Of a stretch of 64,000 bases of DNA, positions 41,959 to 51,042 are shown in pieces. Each line of letters opens with the position of its first letter. The stretch's first letter is position 1. Source of the DNA: an uncultured delta proteobacterium (GTDB lineage: Bacteria; Desulfobacterota; Desulfuromonadia; Desulfuromonadales; BM103); assembly GCA_963707155.1 (NCBI GenBank), contig CAVPPD010000030.1, forward strand, positions 2,578-66,577. The letters run 5' to 3'. The translations under genes were made by a program, and so were the position numbers. The notes beneath the pieces were generated by a model. The model saw only the letters and a program-made list of their open reading frames with translations, was not told the DNA's origin and searched no databases.

Positions 41959-42456
41959 TCACCAGGTATTGTAGGGAGTACCATCCATTGCCAGCTTCTG
42001 ACTCTGGGAATAAACATCGTAGATATCATCACCACCGTAGAATGTTGAGTCCGGATCGTCCTTGTACGAACGCAAGCCCCAGCCCTCGTCGTATTCGTCG
42101 AAGGGATCTTTTGGCAAGCGCCTCAAGTATTTGCGCTTGTAAGAGTACAGACCTCCCCAGTCACTGCCTTCGACCAGTTCTTGAAGATCTTTCGGATAGC
42201 CGGTTTCGTTGATAGCCGCGATAATTTTCTTTTCTTCAACAGCTCTGTCGAAGTCAGACTTGTAGTGATCGATAGCAGTTCGGATATCACGTAACGAGCG
42301 ACGCAGCTCCAGCTCCTTGCCACGTTTCGCGGTTACTTCTGCCATTGGCACGATCACCGTGGCAAGCACGGCCAAAATGGCCATGGCCAGGACCATTTCC
42401 AAAAGGGTCAGACCGCGTTGGCCTCCAGGTCTGGATATGTAACAAGACAATTTCAA
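41959..42456 (-). CDS. type II secretion pseudopilin (second, TklG-like)
   Basis: G|LTLLEM; KELELRR.LR.IR.AID, KYLRRLP.DP, DIYDVYS. Confidence 0.87.
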   Translation of the reverse strand: MKLSCYISRPGGQRGLTLLEMVLAMAILAVLATVIVPMAEVTAKRGKELELRRSLRDIRTAIDHYKSDFDRAVEEKKIIAAINETGYPKDLQELVEGSDWGGLYSYKRKYLRRLPKDPFDEYDEGWGLRSYKDDPDSTFYGGDDIYDVYSQSQKLAMDGTPYNTW

Positions 42457-45118
42457 TTGACTTCGATCATGACCGCCTCAGGAACGACCTGAAGTCGGAC
42501 CCCCGCAGGGTTACGGAAATTGACCCGGTTGATTTCAAGCTTGGTTTTTCCCGTCGTGATCGGCTTGAAACTAAGGCTGAACAGGTCTCCCGACCCTGAC
42601 GCACCCTGGCCGCCCGCGCCCTGTTTGTAACCGACAATAAGCTGCCCCGTGGTACGGTTGGGACTGCTTGAAAAGACTGTCGGCTGACCATCCTGCTTTA
42701 AAAAAGTCCCTTCGTTGATATTCACCAGTTCCAGAGCCGCCGGATCGTAGCTGACAAAGAGAGGCGCACTGTAGAGTTTTTCGACATCTCTAACTTGCAC
42801 CATAACGACAAATTCTTTATTAAGATCAACCTGTTCCGGTCCGTCAAATTGGATGACGGTCACTCCCCTCTCTGGAATTTCTAAGGAACCGGGAGTCGCG
42901 ACTTCATCCAGCCCCTTCATCTCCTCTGTCGGAACCAACTCCTCAAAAGGGTTTACAGTCCCCATTCGTTCAACCGGCACTGCAGGCTCAACAGCTTCAG
43001 GCTCAACAGCTTCAGGCTCAACAGCTCCAGGTTCAACAGCTCCAGGTTCAACAGCTCCAGGTTCAACAGCTCCAGGTTCAACAGCTCCAGGTTCAACAGC
43101 TCCGGGTTCAACAGCACCGGGTTCAACCACCGAGGCTCAACCACCGCAGGCTCAACCACCGCAGGCTCAACAGCCACGGGCTCATCCGTTAACGCCGAGG
43201 TTTGAGTCTTTTGCCTTTGTGTCTGGCTCTCGCTGATTGTAAATTTCAATGGTTTTACCGCAGGCACAGTATTCGGTTTGGTGAGTTCTATTTCACTCTC
43301 CAGTAATTGCGTAAAGGAGCCGAAATTAGGGCCACTCTTCAAGTTGTCTTCACCACCGGACCAGATGGTCGAGACCTCCATGTCTGGGACATCCACCTGC
43401 TTGACGATATAGGGCGTAATTGAAAGAAGAATCTCACGCTTTATATCCTCATTGGTAAAACTGGTGAACAGTTTTCCCAGGAATGGGATATCCCCGATAA
43501 TGGGAATCGTCGTTTCAGACTCTGTGGTCGCCTGCTCAAACAATCCTCCAAGAATGGTTTGCACACCATCTTTGATAGTGAGCACCGTTTGAGCGTTGGT
43601 TGTCTGAATCGTCAACGCACGGGTTCCTGCGATTTCGACCTCTTCGATGACCCGGCTGACTTCGAGAGCGACTTTAACTTCAACCGTATTATCCAGCTGG
43701 ATAATCGGCTCTATATCGACTTTGACACCGACATCTATGTATTGGACATTCGCTGTCGTCGATGTGTCTGTGACTGTGCTGGTTATGCTGGGTTCCCGCG
43801 TACCGATGTGGACTTTGGCTTTCTCTCTGTTTCTCACCCGGATCTTGGGGCTTGCCAGCACCTCTGAACTCGCTTGAGCTTTTTTGAATTCATATGAAGC
43901 CGTCGGAACGGTGAAAAAAGTCTGTAAACTGCTCAAACTGGTCGCGAGATTTTCATTACTGCCACCAGGGGAGAGAGTGCTGTCAAGGATACTTGTCGAG
44001 CCGGGGTTTGAAAAGCCCACCCCCACTCCATAGGTCGACAACTCCGGACCGAAATCCAGAGTGTCGGCATCGGCGACGCTGAGGATCTCCAGAGCAAAAA
44101 GAACTTCCGAGTTTTCACGGTCCGCAGCATCCAGAATCTGCTCAGCAAGCTTGATAACCTGCGGTGTATCACGGATAACGATGGCATTGCGCTCTTCATG
44201 CACGTAAATCTTGCGCAGTTGCAACATGGTGCGCAACAGATTAACTGCCTTCTTGGCATCGATGTGGGAGAGGAAAAAAGTCTGGATTATCTGGTCTTCG
44301 TACTGTTTGGCTTTCTCCCTGCTCTGCGGGTAAATGATGAGCGTCTTGCTGTTGAGTACTTTCTTGTCCAGGCCGTTCATCTGCATGATCAATTCCATCG
44401 CCTGGGCAAAACTTGCTTTTTCCAGAAGAACGGAAATCGTCTGGGTACGGATTTCTTCGTCAAAAATAAAGTTGATGCCACTCAACTGAGAAAGGACACC
44501 GAAGACTTCCTTGATATTGGCATCCTTGAAACTCAGGGTAATGGGTTCGGTGGAGGCAACATCGAGCTCGATTCCGTCCATGGCAACGGTACGCATGTCG
44601 CGATCAATCAAATCCTTAATGGCCAAGGCGCGCGCATTGTTGGCATCCAGTGCAAGGGCCTCTTTGATCGCCTTTTGTGCAAGGTTAAATTTTCTTTGCC
44701 CGTAGAAACTTGCTCCTTCTTCAGCCAGTTTCTCTGCATTGATCAGCTTGAGCAAATCATCACGCTCCTGCGCCGCAATTTCTATGCTCGAATCAAAACC
44801 AAGTGCAAGACGATACTCGGCAATAGCTTTTGACAGCTTGCCTTCCGATGCAAGCTTGCGCGCCAGTCTGACATGATGAGCAGCGGCACGGGTTTTTGAA
44901 GAGATCATTTTCAATTTATAGGTCTTGCTGCTCGGTTCCAGCTCAGAAGCTTCAAAGTATTTTTCAACCGCTTCGTCGTGCCTGTCTTCAGCAAAAAGCT
45001 GTTCAGCTTCTTCAAAAGCCGAACGCGCTTCCATGGAGGTGGTGCATCCACCCAACCAAAGTGAGGCAAGGAGCAGAATTACCCACCCGGCAAAACGGAT
45101 ATTATCGATTCGGATCAT
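42453..45118 (-). CDS. lipoprotein secretin (GspD/PilQ-like) with N-terminal TPRs, repeat linker and C-terminal cohesin-like domain; one frameshift near 43132
   Basis: lipobox LGGC, TPR helices, ITLSFKDANIKEVF, LASPKIR, YIDVGVK, GGL, IPIIGDIPFLGKLF, ITPYIV; C-terminal SYDP..LEL..I.EG...SGSG.L..L.F. Confidence 0.88.
42983..43185 (-). repeat. ~14 x 15-bp tandem repeat encoding (A/V)VEP(G/E/A)
   Basis: TCAAC recurs every 15 nt from 42988 to 43182; one unit is 14 nt. Confidence 0.95.
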
Positions 45119-45929
45119 TGACTTCTTCCTCCGGGGCAGCCTCATCAGCAGGGGCTACTTCTTCCTGACGTTCTTCGGGGTTATTCTCTTCAATGATTTG
45201 TTGAAAAGGGTTCTCGATGTCCTGCGGTGACGGCCTTAGCATTTTTCGCTTCGGCGTAAAAATCCGTTGATCGGGTTGGCCAGACACTGCCGCTTTCGGC
45301 TCCAGGCGGGCAGGTGAACTGGCGGACGCATTCAACTTCTGCTGCTCGATCAATTGTATCTCAACGAGGCTGTCACGACCGGGATGGTGGACTTTCAAAA
45401 GGTTGCCGACGATGGAATCCACCCGGAACTCATGATCCACTCCAAATGTTTCACCACGTTTAACAAGAAAAATCTCTCCACCGCTGGACAGAAAAACTGT
45501 CTTTTCCCCGGCTTTTTCAAGAAAACCGAGGAAGGTGAATTCTCCCAACGATTTTTGTACGACGTCAAATGGCACCACCGGTGCTATCGGTGCGACCGGT
45601 TGCACTGACGTTTCGACAACGACCGGCGCAGGGAGTACCGGCGGCGTCTCGGGGCGCGGTGAAGGCTTCTTGCCGAAATGGAAGATATCCCTTTGTGCGC
45701 CGGAGAACTCTTGTAATTCCAGAGACAAAAAATCGAAGTTGATGCGCTCGTGTGAACTCTCAAGCGTCTGGTCTTTAGTCTCTTTAGTCACTTTGGCCAG
45801 GACACGAGCCCGCTGGCTCTCTGTCCGTGGTGGCGCCTTTTCCTGCCTGGGTGTTGCTAAGTAGGCATAGAGCAGAGAGAGAGCCAGCACTCCCAGAAGC
45901 GCTGCAAGAATGACACGCTTGCGATTCAT
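45102..45929 (-). CDS. PilP/GspC-like inner-membrane-anchored secretion component
   Basis: N-terminal TM, RDIF, Pro-rich linker, F.FLGFLEK...K.VFL; between PilO-like gene and secretin. Confidence 0.7.
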   Translation of the reverse strand: MNRKRVILAALLGVLALSLLYAYLATPRQEKAPPRTESQRARVLAKVTKETKDQTLESSHERINFDFLSLELQEFSGAQRDIFHFGKKPSPRPETPPVLPAPVVVETSVQPVAPIAPVVPFDVVQKSLGEFTFLGFLEKAGEKTVFLSSGGEIFLVKRGETFGVDHEFRVDSIVGNLLKVHHPGRDSLVEIQLIEQQKLNASASSPARLEPKAAVSGQPDQRIFTPKRKMLRPSPQDIENPFQQIIEENNPEERQEEVAPADEAAPEEEVNDPNR

Positions 45930-46498
45930 GGCTCTCGCGTCTCCGGACGGAAAAAGGTTTCCAGATTCAAGCGCAAATTGACACCATTATCATCCGCACT
46001 TTGCAAACTGATCTGTTTGATCACCATCAGACGCACCGATTGCTCCAGAGAGTGGATAAATTTTTTGATCTGCTCGTAATCTCCCACAACATTGAAGCTC
46101 AGATTGAATTTCAGCAGAGGGATGTCTCCCATTTTCTCCGAGGTGTAACCGATCTGGGCAATATCCAGACGAGCCCGGTTGGAAAGAATCAGCAATTCCT
46201 CGATCAGCCCGGTAAATTCACGGTATTCCGGAACGGTCTGCTGAAATTTGGCGATATCCTGGCTGGCCAGCAGGTAGAGCTGTTCCGGACTTGTCGCCGC
46301 ACCACCCTGTTTACGAATTAATTGGCGAATTTCACCCTGCTTTTGCAGAAAAGCTGTTTCCTTTGCTGCAATTTGAGGGACTATCATTTGTTCGAGGACA
46401 ACGAAAAGGACAAGGTTCACCCCGATCAGGAGAGCAAGGAAAATGAGCAAACCTCGCTGAGAACTCCACAGCTGTCCGGCAAATTCTTTCAGGTACAT
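45926..46498 (-). CDS. PilO/GspM-like protein
   Basis: TM then coiled coil, V.GDYEQIKKFI..LE...R...I..I.L. Confidence 0.8.
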   Translation of the reverse strand: MYLKEFAGQLWSSQRGLLIFLALLIGVNLVLFVVLEQMIVPQIAAKETAFLQKQGEIRQLIRKQGGAATSPEQLYLLASQDIAKFQQTVPEYREFTGLIEELLILSNRARLDIAQIGYTSEKMGDIPLLKFNLSFNVVGDYEQIKKFIHSLEQSVRLMVIKQISLQSADDNGVNLRLNLETFFRPETREP

Positions 46499-47053
46499 CA
46501 GAAGGCCTCCCTGATTAACAGAGAGAAACCAATTTGCTCCTGCGATATCCGCACCCACCGTAACCTTAATCTCACCATGTTGCTGCAGGTACGCCTGACT
46601 GAGGTCTTCAGATATCAGAAGATTATCGACAAAGCGTGTCATCGCCGAAACATCGAGGGCAACACAGGAGAGCCTCACAGACTGCTTGTTAAAATCAGGT
46701 TGAATTGTGCGGATACTGACGTCGACCGGTAGCAGTTCCTCAAACCTGGTCAACAAATTCGTCCAACGAAACTGATCGGCCGCAATAATTTCATTTCCCA
46801 GGGCAACTTCACTCTTCACCTCTGCATACTTTTCCGGGGAATAAGCAGCCGTGACTCCCTGGACGCCAGGCATCTGTGCTCCCAGTTCCACGAAACGATC
46901 GTCCAACAACCTTAACTGTCTCCAGCATTGAGTAGCGTAGTAGCCATCAAGAGCCAGCAGCAAGGCAAAAAAAACACAGCCAAACAGCAGCCAGAAGCGA
47001 ATGCGCTGACGGTTCAAATAAGGTTTAGTGGCAAGATTGAGTTTAATTTCCAT
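46498..47053 (-). CDS. PilN-like protein (frameshift near 46555 creates an apparent fusion to PilO)
   Basis: LNLAT.PY, TM, W..LL..FEELLP.DV.I..I.P; alternative frame ends EQIGFSLLIREAF-TGA overlapping the PilO ATG. Confidence 0.78.
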
Positions 47054-47058
47054 TGGCT

Positions 47059-47967
47059 TTACATCATATGCTCTGCTGCGCCCAAAGCAGCGAGGACAGA
47101 ACCGACAGGTTGCAATCCACCATCTCTGCCGTTACCGCCGAAACGTTTCAGGGCCGGGTCCAGACATTTAACCTCACGTTTAAATGCGGCAGAGAGAAGC
47201 GTGTCTACATCCCCGTCCATCCCGGGATCGACATGTGCCATAACGACACACCTCTTCATAACCGGAAAAGAGTCATAAGCTTCGACAAGAGTGCGGTTAA
47301 TTTCACGAAAAGTTCGCTCAGGACTCGCCTTAAATTCACTGACCCGTTGATAACAGATGCTGTGGCCGACCACATACTGGAGACTCAGAAGACCGTGTTC
47401 CAGCGCCACCAGGATGAATTCGTCTCCAAGGTCGAGACGCGGGCGGTAATAATTATAGAGATTCAGTGAATGGAAATTGATGTGTATTGCATGTCGACGC
47501 GCTTCATTAACAAGATCCTCGTATTGCTCGATAACCGGTTGAGCAATCGCCGCGACAACGCAGCTTTGGCGCCCGTCCTCACGCTTGTCGAGCACCTGGT
47601 AATCAAGCTTGACCTGAGCCGGAGGTGCCGGCAGGTTTGATTTAAGGCGCCATTTGAGGATATCAATTCCTTCCTGGTGAGTTTTGAACGGAGCATCAAC
47701 CTCTGTCAGATAAATGCGACCGGCACGATCAGGCAGGCTCAAAGCAATGCGCTCTTCCTGACCAGCCAGGGCATCAACCCCACGTCGTAATCCTTCTATG
47801 AAACGCCTGGCATCACGAATGTTTGGCTGACGGCTGGAGACCTCCAGAACCCCCTCCAGGCTCTCAAAACGCAGCCCGACCAGTTGAGTCTGAGACCGAT
47901 GGCGTTTCAAAGCCGCCAGATAAAGCCCACCGGGCTGAATATCAACACCGACATAAACCCGGCTCAT
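47059..47967 (-). CDS. PilM/GspL-like actin-fold protein
   Basis: YVGVDI, ALSLPD, W.LK..LP....LDYQ, AALGAA. Confidence 0.8.
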   Translation of the reverse strand: MSRVYVGVDIQPGGLYLAALKRHRSQTQLVGLRFESLEGVLEVSSRQPNIRDARRFIEGLRRGVDALAGQEERIALSLPDRAGRIYLTEVDAPFKTHQEGIDILKWRLKSNLPAPPAQVKLDYQVLDKREDGRQSCVVAAIAQPVIEQYEDLVNEARRHAIHINFHSLNLYNYYRPRLDLGDEFILVALEHGLLSLQYVVGHSICYQRVSEFKASPERTFREINRTLVEAYDSFPVMKRCVVMAHVDPGMDGDVDTLLSAAFKREVKCLDPALKRFGGNGRDGGLQPVGSVLAALGAAEHMM

Positions 47968-49697
47968 TGTCGCCCTCCGCCCTGATCGGCAAAGGTGACG
48001 CGGTTGATTTCTGCAAGGGTCGTCTCACCTTTAAGCATCTTCTCCACTGCAGCGTCACGCAGGAAAGCCGTTCCCGCAGCGCGGGCCGCTTCCTTAAGGC
48101 GACTGACAGGAGCCTTGCTGACAATCAGATCGCGCAGGTCATCGTTGAGATCAAGCAGTTCAAGAATCGCGGTACGACCGTGATAGCCCTGGCCGTTGCA
48201 CTCCCGGCATCCGGCGCCTTCATAAAAAGTGTGATCTTTGTAGCGGTCGTAATCAAGTCCAGATTCAACAAAGTCCTGGCGGTCATAAGTGACGGTCCGT
48301 TTGCAGTGTCTGCAAATTTTACGCACCAGACGTTGAGCTGCCACGCAGTTCAGACAGGAGACAAAATTGTAAGCATCGATACCCATGTGCAAAAAACGCC
48401 CGAGCACATCAAACACGTTATTGGCATGTACAGTCGTAAAGACCAGGTGTCCGGTCAAAGCTGATTGCACCGCAATCTGGGCAGTCTCAGGATCACGTAT
48501 TTCGCCAACCATAATTTTGTCCGGGTCGTGACGCAAGATGGAGCGCAGTCCACGGGCGAAGGTCAGCCCCTTCTTTTCGTTCACAGGTATCTGCACAACA
48601 CCCTTCAGCTGGTATTCGACAGGATCCTCAATGGTGATGATTTTTTCCTCTTCGTTATAAATCTCTGTCAGTGCCGCATAAAGCGTCGTCGTTTTGCCAC
48701 TGCCAGTCGGTCCGGTCACCAGCACCATGCCATACGGCTCACGAATCATCCGACGAAAACGTGTCAGTTCGTGCCCTTCCACACCGAGCACATCAAGGGT
48801 CAGGCCATGAAGATCTTTGGCAATGCTTTCCTTGTCGAGAATCCTGATGACAGCATCTTCACCGAAGATACTCGGCATAATGGAGACACGGAAGTCGATT
48901 GACTTGGTTCCCATACGGACTTTGAAACGACCATCCTGGGGAATGCGTCGTTCGGAGATATCAAGCTCGCTCATGACCTTGATACGAGAAATGATTGGCC
49001 CCTGGAAGCGCCCGTCCAAAGGTTCCGTGGCGCGGAACAGGACACCGTCGACACGATATTTGATCTGAACGCCGCTTTGACTGCTTTCAATATGGATATC
49101 ACTGGCACGCTTTTTCAGAGCATCAAAAAGAGTCGAATCAATCAGACGAATGATCGGGCTGCTGTCATCGGTAAGCTTTTCGATCGACAGAACTTCCTCG
49201 CCTTTATCCGTTTCCTTGACAAGCTGCAGTTTAAAATCTTCGGAAACATTTTGGAGAACCTGTTTTGAACTCTGGCTTTTGTCCAGTAACGCGGCAATCT
49301 TGCTCCGGGCACCGACCTGGCAAACCAGTTGTGCATCAAGCTGCATTTCAAGATCGTCGAGTTCTGCTACGTTGGTTGGATCAGAGATCGCGATCACCAG
49401 ACCATCTTCGGATTTTTTCAGCGGGATGAAATTGTAGCGAATCGGCAGGTCGGATGGCAGAGATGCACTCAGTTCCGCATCCAGAAGAATCGTATCAAGA
49501 TCGACATATTCAAGATCGAACTGCTGAGCCAGGGCCTGAGCGACCAGTTCATCTGAGAGCAGGCCACGAGCAATGCCCACTTCACCGAACCGCTGCCCCG
49601 AAGAACCTTGCTGGTCGAGGATCAGACGCACTTCAGCAGGAGCGAGGGCGCCCATATTGACCAGGATTTCACCTATTTTACGATGTTCGAACTGCAT
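47964..49697 (-). CDS. GspE/PilB secretion ATPase with N-terminal MshEN-like motif
   Basis: [43 protein letters not shown], tetracysteine motif; N-terminal RKIGEILV...RFGE...GLL....AQALAQQ. Confidence 0.93.
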   Translation of the reverse strand: MQFEHRKIGEILVNMGALAPAEVRLILDQQGSSGQRFGEVGIARGLLSDELVAQALAQQFDLEYVDLDTILLDAELSASLPSDLPIRYNFIPLKKSEDGLVIAISDPTNVAELDDLEMQLDAQLVCQVGARSKIAALLDKSQSSKQVLQNVSEDFKLQLVKETDKGEEVLSIEKLTDDSSPIIRLIDSTLFDALKKRASDIHIESSQSGVQIKYRVDGVLFRATEPLDGRFQGPIISRIKVMSELDISERRIPQDGRFKVRMGTKSIDFRVSIMPSIFGEDAVIRILDKESIAKDLHGLTLDVLGVEGHELTRFRRMIREPYGMVLVTGPTGSGKTTTLYAALTEIYNEEEKIITIEDPVEYQLKGVVQIPVNEKKGLTFARGLRSILRHDPDKIMVGEIRDPETAQIAVQSALTGHLVFTTVHANNVFDVLGRFLHMGIDAYNFVSCLNCVAAQRLVRKICRHCKRTVTYDRQDFVESGLDYDRYKDHTFYEGAGCRECNGQGYHGRTAILELLDLNDDLRDLIVSKAPVSRLKEAARAAGTAFLRDAAVEKMLKGETTLAEINRVTFADQGGGRQ

Positions 49698-49711
49698 GCT
49701 TCGGCCCTAAC

Positions 49712-50917
49712 CTACTGTACCGTTCCAGCCATTTGAAAAATGGGGATATACATGGCAACGACGATTCCGCCAATCAGCAACCCCATCGTCATCATCATCA
49801 ATGGCTCAACCATTGTGGTGAGACGATCAAGGCGTCGTTCGACCTCATTCTCGTAATACTCCGAAACGTCCGTCAGCATATCAACTAACGAACCGCTCGT
49901 TTCGCCGACACCGATCATTCGAAGTGCAATCACCGGAAAGTTGCCGGTCTGCTCGAGGGCTTCAGAAACCCTCGCCCCCTCTTGAATACGGTTGACCGCC
50001 CCGGAGAGCTCTTTCTCCAGGACACGGTTGTTCAATGTCTTGCGCGACATTTGCATCGCCTGAACGATGGGAATCCCGCTCGCCATCGTTGTTGCAAAAG
50101 TCCGACAGAATGTCGACAGAGCATATTCACTCAACAGCGCCCCGAAAAAGGGGAGTCTCAGCTTGACCCGATCAATCACTAAAGCCCCTTTCTCTGTACG
50201 CACGTAGGCTCGCAACAAAAAGAGACTGATCAGCAGTGCCGGCAGCCAGAAAGGCAAACCCGCCAGCAGACCATTGGCGACGGCGATGACCATGCGGGTC
50301 AATAATGGCAGTTGCATGTTCGCATCTGCATAAACCTGGGTAAAACTCGGGATCACGTACAACAGAAGGAAGCCGAGCACCACCGTCACAGCAATCGCCA
50401 GAAGCGCCGGGTAGAAAGTCGCGCTGCGCACTTTCGCTCTTATCGCTTCGACACGCTTCTGGTACTCAATATAGCGCCCAAGGGTAATTGGTAAATCCCC
50501 CGACTGCTCGCCGGCCTGCAGTGAAGCGACATAGAGTTGCGGGAACATCTTCGGGAAACGTCCGAAGGCCTCGGAGAGAGAGCTGCCTCCCTTCACGTCT
50601 GTGCGTATATCTTGCAGGGCGTTGAGAAGCCCTCCCGCTTCCATACGGTCAACCAACGTGTCCAGAACCTGTAAAACCGGCAGGCCTGAACGAATAAGCA
50701 CTAACATCTCTTGATTGAGTGCCAGGAACCGACGTCCGCTTAAACTTCCCCCGCCAGCTCCCTTGGAGAACCACTGCAAAGAGACTTTATGCATCTTGAA
50801 GACAAAGAAACCCTGCTCTTCAAGACTCTCCTGAAGAGCCTCACGGCTCACCGCCTCGAAGTCCTTCTCGAGAACCCGGCCATCAGAGGTTCCAATTTTA
50901 CAGCGATACGTGGACAT
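49712..50917 (-). CDS. GspF/PilC inner membrane platform protein
   Basis: SGLP, G.SLSEA, GEQSG.L, FYP, GETSG.L..ML, EP....MG....YIPIF. Confidence 0.93.
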   Translation of the reverse strand: MSTYRCKIGTSDGRVLEKDFEAVSREALQESLEEQGFFVFKMHKVSLQWFSKGAGGGSLSGRRFLALNQEMLVLIRSGLPVLQVLDTLVDRMEAGGLLNALQDIRTDVKGGSSLSEAFGRFPKMFPQLYVASLQAGEQSGDLPITLGRYIEYQKRVEAIRAKVRSATFYPALLAIAVTVVLGFLLLYVIPSFTQVYADANMQLPLLTRMVIAVANGLLAGLPFWLPALLISLFLLRAYVRTEKGALVIDRVKLRLPFFGALLSEYALSTFCRTFATTMASGIPIVQAMQMSRKTLNNRVLEKELSGAVNRIQEGARVSEALEQTGNFPVIALRMIGVGETSGSLVDMLTDVSEYYENEVERRLDRLTTMVEPLMMMTMGLLIGGIVVAMYIPIFQMAGTVQ

Positions 50918-50988
50918 TAGCCTTAACGTTTAACATAATTGGCAAAAAAACTGAACGAAAATCCCTCGGCAGAGGTCATCAAGGCCAC

Positions 50989-51016
50989 AAAAAAGGCCGG
51001 TCTTTCGGGACCGGCC
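50989..51016 (-). terminator. intrinsic terminator after the cytochrome pair
   Basis: minus strand GGCCGGTC-ccgaaa-GACCGGCCTTTTTT. Confidence 0.8.
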
Positions 51017-51042
51017 GTGCATGTGAAGTTATCATAAATCAA

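Noticed and set aside
42983-43185. Regularly spaced repeats as a CRISPR array
   Set aside because: 15-bp head-to-tail units without unique spacers, in frame within the secretin; no cas genes
45926-47053. Natural PilN-PilO fusion (375-aa ORF)
   Set aside because: A shifted frame gives a typical PilN end with TGA overlapping the PilO ATG; consistent with the indel errors seen throughout
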